Shown piece by piece: positions 7,783 to 15,227 of a stretch of 56,108 bases of DNA. Made by a program: the position numbers and the translations under genes. Each line of letters begins with the position of its first letter. The stretch's first letter is position 1. Source of the stretch: Rhodospirillales bacterium (GTDB lineage: Bacteria > Pseudomonadota > Alphaproteobacteria > Acetobacterales > Acetobacteraceae); assembly GCA_043748985.1 (NCBI GenBank), contig JAYVEG010000301.1, positions 1 through 56,108 on the forward strand. Reading direction: 5' to 3'. A model generated the notes under the pieces. It saw nothing but the letters and a program-made list of their open reading frames with translations, was not told the DNA's origin and did no database searches.

Positions 7783-9717
7783 TCAGCCTCCGGGTAGGGC
7801 GCGGACGAGGCCGGCCGGGTTGTGCTCGAATTCGGGGACCAGCCGCGCCAGGTGCGCCAGAGCTGCCGCATGCTGGCCGGTGCGGCAAAGGGCGCCGATC
7901 TCGTCGATGGCGCGGCCGACGATGGCCGGATCCGCCGTGCGGGGGGCGGCCATCAGCAGGCCGGGATGGGCGGTCGGCACGGGCGCCTCCTTGCCATGGA
8001 ACAGTTCCTCGAACAGCTTTTCGCCGGGGCGAAGGCCGGTGAAGGCGATGCGGATGGCGCCAGGGGGGGCTGGCGCATCGTCCTCGACCACCTTCAGGCC
8101 GGCCAGGCGGATCATCTGCCGGGCCAGATCGACGATCTTCACGGGCTCGCCCATGTCCAGCACGAAGATGCCGCCATCGGTGGGGTTGGCGGTGCCGACG
8201 ACGCTGGCCTGCAGCACCAGCCCCACGGCCTCGCGCACCGTCATGAAATAGCGCTGCATGTCCGGGTGGGTGACAGTGAGGGGGCCGCCATGCTCGAGCT
8301 GCCGGCGGAACAGCGGCACGACGGACCCGGTGCTGCCGAGCACGTTGCCGAAGCGCACGGTGACGCAGCGCATGCCGCTGCCGGAGACGTCCAGGCCCTG
8401 AACGTACATCTCGGCGAGGCGCTTGCTGGCGCCCATCACGCTGCTGGGATTAACGGCCTTGTCGGTGCTGATGAACACCATCGCTGCCGCACCGTTCGCC
8501 TGGGCCGCGTCGGCCACGTGGCGCGTGCCGCAGACGTTGGTGAGCAGGCCTTCACCCGGGTTCGCCTCGACCATGGGCACGTGCTTCAACGCGGCGGCGT
8601 GGAACACCAGCTCGGGCCGGATCTCCTCGAACACTGCCCCCACCCGCGCCGCGTCGCGCACGTCGGCGATGCGGGCCAGGCGCGGCAGGGCAGGGTGGCT
8701 CTCGGCGATCTCGAGGTCGATCGCCCACAGCGCGAACTCGCCATTGTCCAGCAGCACCAGCAGCGCGGGCCCAAGGGCCGCCACCTGGCGCACCAGCTCG
8801 GACCCGATGGTGCCGCCCGCGCCCGTGACCAGCACGCGGCGGCCTTGCACCAGGCGCGCCATGCCCTCGCGGTCCAGCGCGACCTGCGGGCGGTTCAGCA
8901 GGTCCTCGATCGCGACGGGTGCCAGCTCCAGGCCGGTGCCGGGCGCGCCCATCAGCGCGGTGGGGCGTGGCGCGCGGCGGACCGGCACGCCCTCGTCATC
9001 CGCCATCGCCAGCAGCCGCGACAGCATGGGCCCGGCCAGGTCGCCATCCGTCACCACGACCGCCTGCGGGAGCCGGTCCTCCGCCCGCAATTTCGAGAGC
9101 ACGGCGCCGGCTTGGTCGATGCTGCCCAGGATGCGCTGGCCGTGGATGCGCCGCCCGGTCTGGCCCTCGCTGCGCGACAGCAGTCCGACCACGCGGAAGC
9201 GCTTCCGCCCCTCGCGGAACTCCAGGGCGCGCAGGAACAGGTCAGCGCCCTCTCCGGCGCCCGCCAGCAGCACGGATTGCGCGTTCGCCCCCGGCCGCAC
9301 GAAGCCGGGGCGCATCCGGGACAGGACACGGGGCGCGCCCAAGGCCACGATCAGCACCAGCGCGTGCACGACCGGGAACGTCGTCGTCGGCAGTGAGAAC
9401 CCGGCGCTGGTGAGCAGCAGCGCGAACAGGATGGCGCTCGCGATGCTGCCGCCGACGACGGCCAGCAGGTCCTCGATGCCCGAGAATCGCCAGTATTGCT
9501 GGGGCATACGGAACGGCAGGCCGGCCAGCAGCAGGGTTATCGCGCCGCCGCACACGAACCATAGCGGGCGCAACAGGCCGCCGCCGGGATCGGCGATGTA
9601 GCGGGCCAGCGGAGTCGCCACCGCCGCCAGCCCGCCGTCCATCAGCACATTGAGGAAGATGCGGTTGATGCGCCGGGTCTTTGCCGTGGGTTTCAGGGGG
9701 GGGCGTTGCAGGGCCAT
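7783..9717 (-). CDS. membrane-bound polysaccharide biosynthesis protein, CapD/WbpM/PglF-type UDP-sugar 4,6-dehydratase
   Basis: This is the C-terminal 644 codons of the 1011-aa ORF, starting at ATG 9717 (MALQRPPLKP). It has N-terminal TM helices, then VLVTGAGGTIGSEL (Rossmann) and STDKAVNPSSVMGASKRLAE. The remaining 5' part of the ORF is antisense to the neighbouring gene. Confidence 0.9.
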   Translation of the reverse strand: MALQRPPLKPTAKTRRINRIFLNVLMDGGLAAVATPLARYIADPGGGLLRPLWFVCGGAITLLLAGLPFRMPQQYWRFSGIEDLLAVVGGSIASAILFALLLTSAGFSLPTTTFPVVHALVLIVALGAPRVLSRMRPGFVRPGANAQSVLLAGAGEGADLFLRALEFREGRKRFRVVGLLSRSEGQTGRRIHGQRILGSIDQAGAVLSKLRAEDRLPQAVVVTDGDLAGPMLSRLLAMADDEGVPVRRAPRPTALMGAPGTGLELAPVAIEDLLNRPQVALDREGMARLVQGRRVLVTGAGGTIGSELVRQVAALGPALLVLLDNGEFALWAIDLEIAESHPALPRLARIADVRDAARVGAVFEEIRPELVFHAAALKHVPMVEANPGEGLLTNVCGTRHVADAAQANGAAAMVFISTDKAVNPSSVMGASKRLAEMYVQGLDVSGSGMRCVTVRFGNVLGSTGSVVPLFRRQLEHGGPLTVTHPDMQRYFMTVREAVGLVLQASVVGTANPTDGGIFVLDMGEPVKIVDLARQMIRLAGLKVVEDDAPAPPGAIRIAFTGLRPGEKLFEELFHGKEAPVPTAHPGLLMAAPRTADPAIVGRAIDEIGALCRTGQHAAALAHLARLVPEFEHNPAGLVRALPGG

Positions 9718-9783
9718 CGTCCGGACCCTATAGCCGCCTTCCCCGCGTTGCGCACACCCCTGCAGGCCGCCGTTGATCCACCG

Positions 9784-10836
9784 ATGACCCCCGAAGCCAT
9801 GCTGAAGCACCTGGCGTTCAGCCTCTTCCTTGCCGGCCTGTCGGCGGCGGTGGTGCGCGCCATGATCGGCGTGGGCGTGATGGACACGCCGGACGCGCGC
9901 AAGGTCCATACCGCGCCTATCCCGAAGGGCGGCGGCGTGGGCGTCGTCGCGGCCTTCCTGGCCGGGATCGTGCTGCTCTATGCCTTCGCGGAGTTCTCCC
10001 GCCTCGCAGACGGGTATTTCCGGGGCGTCATCCTGGCTGCGGCCGCCATCGCCGGTGTCGCCTACCTGGATGACGTCAGGGTGTGGCCGTTCTGGGTAAA
10101 GCTCGGAGGACAGGTTTTCGCGGCGCTGCTGGCAGTGGGAAGCGGGTTGTACGTGCAGACGGTGAACCTGCCGGTGCTGGGCGCGGTGGATCTCGGCTGG
10201 GCTGGTGCCGGGCTTACGCTCGGATGGATACTGTTCGCGACCAATGCGATGAACTTCATCGACGGGTTGAACGGGCTGGCTGCCGGGGTCTCGGCGCTGG
10301 CCGCACTTATCCTGGCCGTGATCGCTGCGAGCTATGGCGGGTGGTTCGTCTATTTCGCCAGCCTGGTGCTCGCCGCGGGGCTGATCGGGTTCCTGCCGTT
10401 CAACTTTCCCCGGGCGCGCATCTTCATGGGCGATGTCGGCAGCCAGTTCTGCGGCTTCGTGCTCGCCGTGCTCACCATCGCGGCCGGGCGGTTCCAGGGC
10501 GTGGAGCTGTCCATTCTGCTGGTGCCCATGCTGCTGTTCGGGGTGCTGTACGATGTCGCGTTCACGCTTTGCCGTCGCCTGCTTGCTCATGAACGGCTTA
10601 CCCAGGCGCACCGCGGCCACTTGTATCAGGTGGCACAGCGCACCGGGCTGTCCGTGCCGGCTGTCACGCTGATCGCGTGGTCGTTCGTGCTGTGGGGCGG
10701 GGCCGTGGCCTGGCTGTTCCTGCATGCCGCCGGCTGGGCGCGGGCGGCGACGCCATTGCTCGTCCTGCCGCCGCAACTGCTTTGGACCGCGTATGTCGTT
10801 GGCCGGGCGCGCCGCCACCCCGTGGGACGCTGGTAG
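9784..10836 (+). CDS. glycosyltransferase family 4 (WecA/WbpL/MraY-like) undecaprenyl-phosphate HexNAc-1-P transferase
   Basis: From ORF 9706-10836, with the start moved to ATG 9784. It has DTPDARKVHTAPIPKGGG, NAMNFIDGLNGLAAG and FMGDVGSQFCGF motifs and is polytopic. It is divergent from the capD-like gene. Confidence 0.85.
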   Translation: MTPEAMLKHLAFSLFLAGLSAAVVRAMIGVGVMDTPDARKVHTAPIPKGGGVGVVAAFLAGIVLLYAFAEFSRLADGYFRGVILAAAAIAGVAYLDDVRVWPFWVKLGGQVFAALLAVGSGLYVQTVNLPVLGAVDLGWAGAGLTLGWILFATNAMNFIDGLNGLAAGVSALAALILAVIAASYGGWFVYFASLVLAAGLIGFLPFNFPRARIFMGDVGSQFCGFVLAVLTIAAGRFQGVELSILLVPMLLFGVLYDVAFTLCRRLLAHERLTQAHRGHLYQVAQRTGLSVPAVTLIAWSFVLWGGAVAWLFLHAAGWARAATPLLVLPPQLLWTAYVVGRARRHPVGRW

Positions 10837-10865
10837 CCCCGCGCGCGACGCGATACCGTCTCGTC

Positions 10866-11486
10866 ATGAAGCGCCTGGCCGTCCTCGTGATCCTGCTTTC
10901 TCCCAACCCGGCCGCGGCGCAAGGGGGCAATCCGTCCTTCAACCTGGTCAACCGGTCGCCGCAACCGATCAATCAGGTGTTCGCCACACCCGCCGGCATC
11001 GACCGCTGGGGCAACGACCGTCTGGCCCGGTCCTTTCTGCCGGCCGGCCAGGCCTTCCCGGTCCGCCTGCCGGCCGATGGCAACTGCGTGTACGACATCC
11101 GCGTCGTCTATGGCGACGGCAAGCCCGAGGAGCGCCGCCGACTCGATACCTGCGAGATCGACACCGTCGCCTTTCCCGGCGGCCGTCCCGGCGGCGGCCC
11201 GCCTGCAGGCCCTGCGCCAAACCAGGCCGCGACGGACGATCCCTCCTTCCGCCTGGTCAACCGCGGCCGGTCCGAGGTGAACGAGCTGTATGTCAGCCCA
11301 GCCGGTGACGAGAACTGGGGCCGCGACCGCCTTGGCGACGAGACCGTGCCCGCCGGCGGCACCCGCGTGGTGCGGCTGTCGCGGGGTGAGTGTCGCTATG
11401 ACGTACGCGTGGTTTTCGCCAGCGGCGATGCCACGGAGAAGCGCAAGCTGGACCTGTGCACGATCACCGATTTGCGGGTGCCTTAA
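10866..11486 (+). CDS. secreted hypothetical protein with two tandem ~85-aa Cys-pair domains
   Basis: ATG 10866 inside ORF 10677-11486. The signal peptide is MKRLAVLVILLSPNPAAAQG. The internal repeat is PSF(N/R)LVNR...WG(N/R)DRL...PAG...C(V/R)YD(I/V)RVV...(R/K)(R/K)LD(T/L)C, joined by a Gly/Pro linker. Confidence 0.7.
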   Translation: MKRLAVLVILLSPNPAAAQGGNPSFNLVNRSPQPINQVFATPAGIDRWGNDRLARSFLPAGQAFPVRLPADGNCVYDIRVVYGDGKPEERRRLDTCEIDTVAFPGGRPGGGPPAGPAPNQAATDDPSFRLVNRGRSEVNELYVSPAGDENWGRDRLGDETVPAGGTRVVRLSRGECRYDVRVVFASGDATEKRKLDLCTITDLRVP

Positions 11487-11539
11487 CCTTCCGTAACGCC
11501 TGACCTGAGCCCCATGCCAGACGCGTGGGATAGTGGATT

Positions 11540-11734
11540 TCACCGTTCTCGGTCACACGAATAGACAGGGGACGCGGTGTCGAACGCACCTTTCGCAAGC
11601 GACAATAACCTCTCCTGCACCTGGTCGTGCGATACAGAACGTCGGTCCGCGTGAGAATCGGCAATCAACGCTTTGATCAGCGCGGCTTCGGCGTCATCGT
11701 CTTCAATGCCGGGCTGTGCGTGTTTGGCACTCAT
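11540..11734 (-). CDS. hypothetical small protein (possible antitoxin-like C-terminal fragment)
   Basis: 64-aa ORF in a ~57% GC stretch. EAALIKALIADSHADRRSVSHDQVQERL loosely resembles the C-terminal tail of some RHH/CopG-type antitoxins. No partner toxin ORF is present. Confidence 0.3.
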   Translation of the reverse strand: MSAKHAQPGIEDDDAEAALIKALIADSHADRRSVSHDQVQERLLSLAKGAFDTASPVYSCDRER

Positions 11735-11768
11735 TGACCGGACATGGGTGTAAAAAGCGGCTATTGCA

Positions 11769-12134
11769 TTACCCTCGTAACGCCCCTGCCGCGAACACCA
11801 GCCACCCCACGATCAGCATCGTCCCGCCGACAGGCGCGGTCATGCCCAGCGACGGGCCGCCGAACAGGGGCAGGTAGACCGCCCCGCAGAACAGCGCCAG
11901 GCCCATAAGGAACAAGGCGCCGGCCACATGCATCGGCCAGCCGCCGGACGCGCCGACCAGGCCCACCGCCACCAGTGCCAGTGCGTGCCATCCCTGCATC
12001 TGCACGGCGCTTGCCAGAGCCTTGGCGCGCACCGGGTCGATGGGCGCGTGGGCGGCGTAGGCGGCGGCCGCGACCGCAAGGGCACCCATGATGGCGCCGA
12101 TCGCCACCCAGATCCGATAAAACTGCATTCGCAA
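11769..12134 (-). CDS. DUF423 (YgdD-like) membrane protein
   Basis: 121 aa with four hydrophobic helices. AAYAAHA...QMQGWHALALV...GAVYL resembles the DUF423 family. An alternative start is at 12128. Confidence 0.8.
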   Translation of the reverse strand: MRMQFYRIWVAIGAIMGALAVAAAAYAAHAPIDPVRAKALASAVQMQGWHALALVAVGLVGASGGWPMHVAGALFLMGLALFCGAVYLPLFGGPSLGMTAPVGGTMLIVGWLVFAAGALRG

Positions 12135-12187
12135 ATTCCCCTGTTACCGCGCTCTGCCCATTTCGCGGGCTGGCTGCCCGGTGTAAA

Positions 12188-13147
12188 GTGGGCGTCATGC
12201 CCCGTGGCGACCTGTTTCCCGAGATCGGTCCGTTCGAGACCGGATACATGCCGCTACCCGGCGGTCATGTGATGTACTGGGAGCAGGTCGGCAATCCCCG
12301 CGGCCAACCCGTTCTGTTTCTGCATGGCGGGCCGGGTGCCGGCGCCGGGGCGGTGCACCGCCGGTTCTTCGATCCGCATTTTTGGCGACTCATCATCTTC
12401 GACCAGCGCGGTGCGGGGCGATCACGCCCGCTTGGCAGCCTGGCGCAGAACACGACGCCGGACCTGGTGGACGATATCGAAACGCTGCGGCAGCATCTGG
12501 ACATCGAGCGGTGGCTGCTGTTCGGCGGCTCCTGGGGCAGCACGTTGGCGCTGGCGTATGCCCAGGCGCATGCGAACCGGGTGCGCGGATTGGTGCTGCG
12601 CGGCGTGTTTTTGGGCCGAAAGGCGGAGGTCGACTGGTTCCTGCATGGACTGGCTGCGGTGTTCCCGGATGCGCACGCCGCGTTCGTCGGCCACCTGTCG
12701 CCCGATGAGCGACAGGATGTGCTGGGCGCGTATCTTCGCCGGCTGACCCATGCGGACCCCGCGGTCCATATGGCCGCCGCACGCGCGTGGTCGGTCTATG
12801 AGGGATCCTGCAGCACACTGCTGCCCAGTCCCGATACCGTCACAAGCTTCGCGCAGGACCGCACTGCCCTCGGCTTGGCGCGCATCGAGGCGTATTATTT
12901 CGCGCATGACCTGTTCCTGCCGCCGGGCGGGCTGTTGGCGGGGATGGACGCGATCGGGCATCTGCCGGCCGAGATCGTGCAGGGGCGCTACGACATGGTG
13001 TGCCCGGCGCGCACCGCCTTCGAGTTGGCTGCGGCCTGGCCTTCGGCACGCCTGACTGTCATCCCCGATGCCGGGCACTCGGCGCTGGAACCTGGGGTTC
13101 GGCGCGCACTGGTTTCCGCCGTGGAGCGGTTCCGGCACACGCGATAG
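12188..13147 (+). CDS. pip: prolyl aminopeptidase (proline iminopeptidase)
   Basis: LFPEIGPFETGYMPL...VLFLHGGPGAG...FDQRGAGRS...GGSWGSTLALAYA are classic Pip / alpha-beta hydrolase motifs. An alternative start is at 12197. Confidence 0.9.
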   Translation: MGVMPRGDLFPEIGPFETGYMPLPGGHVMYWEQVGNPRGQPVLFLHGGPGAGAGAVHRRFFDPHFWRLIIFDQRGAGRSRPLGSLAQNTTPDLVDDIETLRQHLDIERWLLFGGSWGSTLALAYAQAHANRVRGLVLRGVFLGRKAEVDWFLHGLAAVFPDAHAAFVGHLSPDERQDVLGAYLRRLTHADPAVHMAAARAWSVYEGSCSTLLPSPDTVTSFAQDRTALGLARIEAYYFAHDLFLPPGGLLAGMDAIGHLPAEIVQGRYDMVCPARTAFELAAAWPSARLTVIPDAGHSALEPGVRRALVSAVERFRHTR

Positions 13148-13209
13148 GGACCGAACCCTTCGCCAGAGGCGGCGTTTTCCCTGCCAATCTACAAGGGAAA
13201 ACGCACGTC

Positions 13210-13414
13210 GTGAAACGCCGCTACCTTGCTTTCGCAGCACTGCTTCGACCGCGAGTACATGGCAGCTCAGACAGCGGGCCACCGCGACACCGTGCAGAAC
13301 CTGAACAGCGAGATCGGCGGCGGCACCGAAGCCGAGGTTGTGGCCTTCGCGCAGCAGACGCTTCCCACCGTGCAGGGGCACCTCGACACGGCGCGGACAG
13401 TCCGGGCCCGTTAG
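13210..13414 (+). pseudogene. internally deleted remnant of a DUF4142 periplasmic protein gene
   Basis: GTG 13210 opens a signal-peptide-like VKRRYLAFAALL. After ~12 codons the family-like sequence continues only in another frame (ORF 13226-13414: FDREYMAAQTAGHRDTVQNL...VVAFAQQTLPTVQGHLDTA). That matches only the C-terminal half of DUF4142 as I remember it. Confidence 0.55.
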
Positions 13415-13468
13415 GCTTGCGCCGCGGGTGGGGCTGCCAGTCGGCCCCATCTGGAACCCCGAACCGAT

Positions 13469-14392
13469 TTGAGCCATCCTGCCCGCGGATCGGGAGAAAC
13501 GCGGGTGAAAGTCGCTGTTATCGGGCTAGGCTCCATGGGATTGGGTGCCGCCCTCAATCTCGCGAGGAAGGGTCATGAGGTTCATGGCTGCGACATTCGC
13601 GATACCGCCTTCGCCGAGGTCGAGGCTGCGGGCGGCCATTGCGTACTGGCCCCCGAGGCAATGCCGCCAGACCTCGATGCCCTGATCGTGTTTGTCGTCA
13701 ACGCCGTGCAAGCCGATACAGTGCTCTCGGCAGCGCTTCCTCGGGTTGCGCCCGGAGGGGTCGTTCTCTGCTGCACGACGCTGTCGCCCGATATTGCCAA
13801 GGCGCTGGCCATTCGGGTGGAAGCCGCAGGGTTGCTGTTTCTAGACGCTCCTGTATCCGGTGGCTCGACAGGGGCCCGTGGTGGAACCATGACCGTTATG
13901 GGAAGTGGTTCGCCTGCCGCGTTCGAGCGTGCGGGACCGATACTGGATGCCATAGCTAGCAAGGTTTGGCGGCTGGGCGATGCGGCCGGCGCTGGCAGCA
14001 CCGTGAAGATGATCAACCAGTTGCTGGCCGGTGTGCATATCGCGGTATCGGGCGAGGCAATGGCGCTGGCCATTCGGGCCGGGGCCGACCCGCAGACGGT
14101 GTATGATGTGATCACGAGCTCGGCCGGCAATTCCTGGATGTTCCAGAACCGGGTTCCGCATGTGCTGGCCGGCGACGATACGCCGCATTCCGCGGTCAAC
14201 ATCTTCGTCAAGGACCTGGGCATCGTGCTGGACCAGGCGCGAACCCTGGGATTTCCGCTGCCATTGGCGGCCGCGGCCCATCAGCTGTTTCTGGCCGCCG
14301 CGGCGATGGGGCATGGCGGCCGTGACGACGCTTTCGTCATCCGGGTCTGGGAGGCACTTGCCGGCATCGCGCTTCCGAAGGGACAAGGCTGA
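13469..14392 (+). CDS. NAD(P)-dependent beta-hydroxyacid dehydrogenase (3-hydroxyisobutyrate dehydrogenase family)
   Basis: VKVAVIGLGSMGLGAALNLARKGHEV (Rossmann), GSG...GAGSTVKMINQ, and a C-terminal all-helical domain. GTG 13505 is an alternative start. Confidence 0.85.
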   Translation: MSHPARGSGETRVKVAVIGLGSMGLGAALNLARKGHEVHGCDIRDTAFAEVEAAGGHCVLAPEAMPPDLDALIVFVVNAVQADTVLSAALPRVAPGGVVLCCTTLSPDIAKALAIRVEAAGLLFLDAPVSGGSTGARGGTMTVMGSGSPAAFERAGPILDAIASKVWRLGDAAGAGSTVKMINQLLAGVHIAVSGEAMALAIRAGADPQTVYDVITSSAGNSWMFQNRVPHVLAGDDTPHSAVNIFVKDLGIVLDQARTLGFPLPLAAAAHQLFLAAAAMGHGGRDDAFVIRVWEALAGIALPKGQG

Positions 14393-15216
14393 TGGACGAG
14401 AGCATGCGGGCCCATCTTTACGATTGGGGGATGTTGACACAGGCGCAGCGCAACCAGCGCTATAACAACAGCGAGGCCGTGGCGAACAGCCAGGCGATCG
14501 TCGCCGAGATGCGCGAAGCCTCCGCGAAGGTCCGCGCCGAGAACCCGGAAGGGCTGGATCAGCCCTACGGGGAGGGCGAGCGCCGGAAGATCGACTTCTT
14601 TCCTGGGGCCGAAGCGGCCTCGCCATGCCTGTTCTTCATTCATGGCGGCTACTGGCAGCGCAACAGCCGAGAGGGCTTCTCGGTCCTGGGCCTCGGCGTC
14701 CGGGCGCATGGCTGGAGCGTCGCCATGCCGAGCTACACGCTCACGCCCGACGGCACGATGACCAACATCGTCGACGAGATGCGGATGGCGCTGGATTGGA
14801 CCCGCGCGCGCGTGCAGGGGCCGATCATCGTGTCCGGCTGGTCCGCGGGCGGGCACTTGACCGCCATGGTGCTTGGCCACCCCGCCGTGCATGCGGGGCT
14901 TGCGATCAGCGGCATCTTCGAGCTTGGGCCGGTGCGCGACACCTATCTGAACGACAAGGCCCGCATCACCGACGCGGAGATCGACATGCTGTCGCCGCTG
15001 CGCCACCCCGTCGTGCCGAAGCCGCTTTCCATCGCGTATGGCAGTGGCGAGTTGCCGCCATTGGTCGGCGACAGCCGCGCGCTGCATGAGAAGCGCGCGG
15101 CCGCACACGTGCCCGGTGCGCTCATTCCTGGGCCAGGGGATGACCATTTCACGATCGTCGGAAGTCTGCGCCATCCAACAGGGCTGCTGACGCGCGCGCT
15201 GCTGGACTTGGTCTGA
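14392..15216 (+). CDS. alpha/beta hydrolase, arylformamidase/esterase-like (HGG type)
   Basis: FFIHGGYWQ (HGG oxyanion motif) and GWSAGGHL (GxSxG). The start overlaps the upstream stop (TGATG). Confidence 0.8.
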   Translation: MDESMRAHLYDWGMLTQAQRNQRYNNSEAVANSQAIVAEMREASAKVRAENPEGLDQPYGEGERRKIDFFPGAEAASPCLFFIHGGYWQRNSREGFSVLGLGVRAHGWSVAMPSYTLTPDGTMTNIVDEMRMALDWTRARVQGPIIVSGWSAGGHLTAMVLGHPAVHAGLAISGIFELGPVRDTYLNDKARITDAEIDMLSPLRHPVVPKPLSIAYGSGELPPLVGDSRALHEKRAAAHVPGALIPGPGDDHFTIVGSLRHPTGLLTRALLDLV

Positions 15217-15227
15217 CAACAGCGGGC

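Noticed and set aside
9696-9703. G8/C8 homopolymer tracts (2587-2594, 9696-9703, 30908-30915, 34942-34949) as phase-variation switches.
   Set aside because: Equally long tracts occur as Pro-Pro codons inside the essential petC gene and elsewhere. They therefore look like a by-product of composition, and nothing singles out the capD 5' tract as contingency-like.
7783-10818. A 1011-aa ORF, suggesting a giant CapD-like protein.
   Set aside because: Only the C-terminal 644 codons (from ATG 9717) look like CapD. The 5' 367 codons are Arg/Pro/Gly-rich low-complexity sequence lying exactly antisense to the well-supported WbpL-like gene (9784-10836).
13415-13468. A possible guanidine/urea-related riboswitch upstream of the allophanate-hydrolase operon.
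   Set aside because: The spacer is only ~55-90 nt, and I could not recognise the conserved ykkC-type sequence blocks. A covariance-model scan would be needed to be sure.
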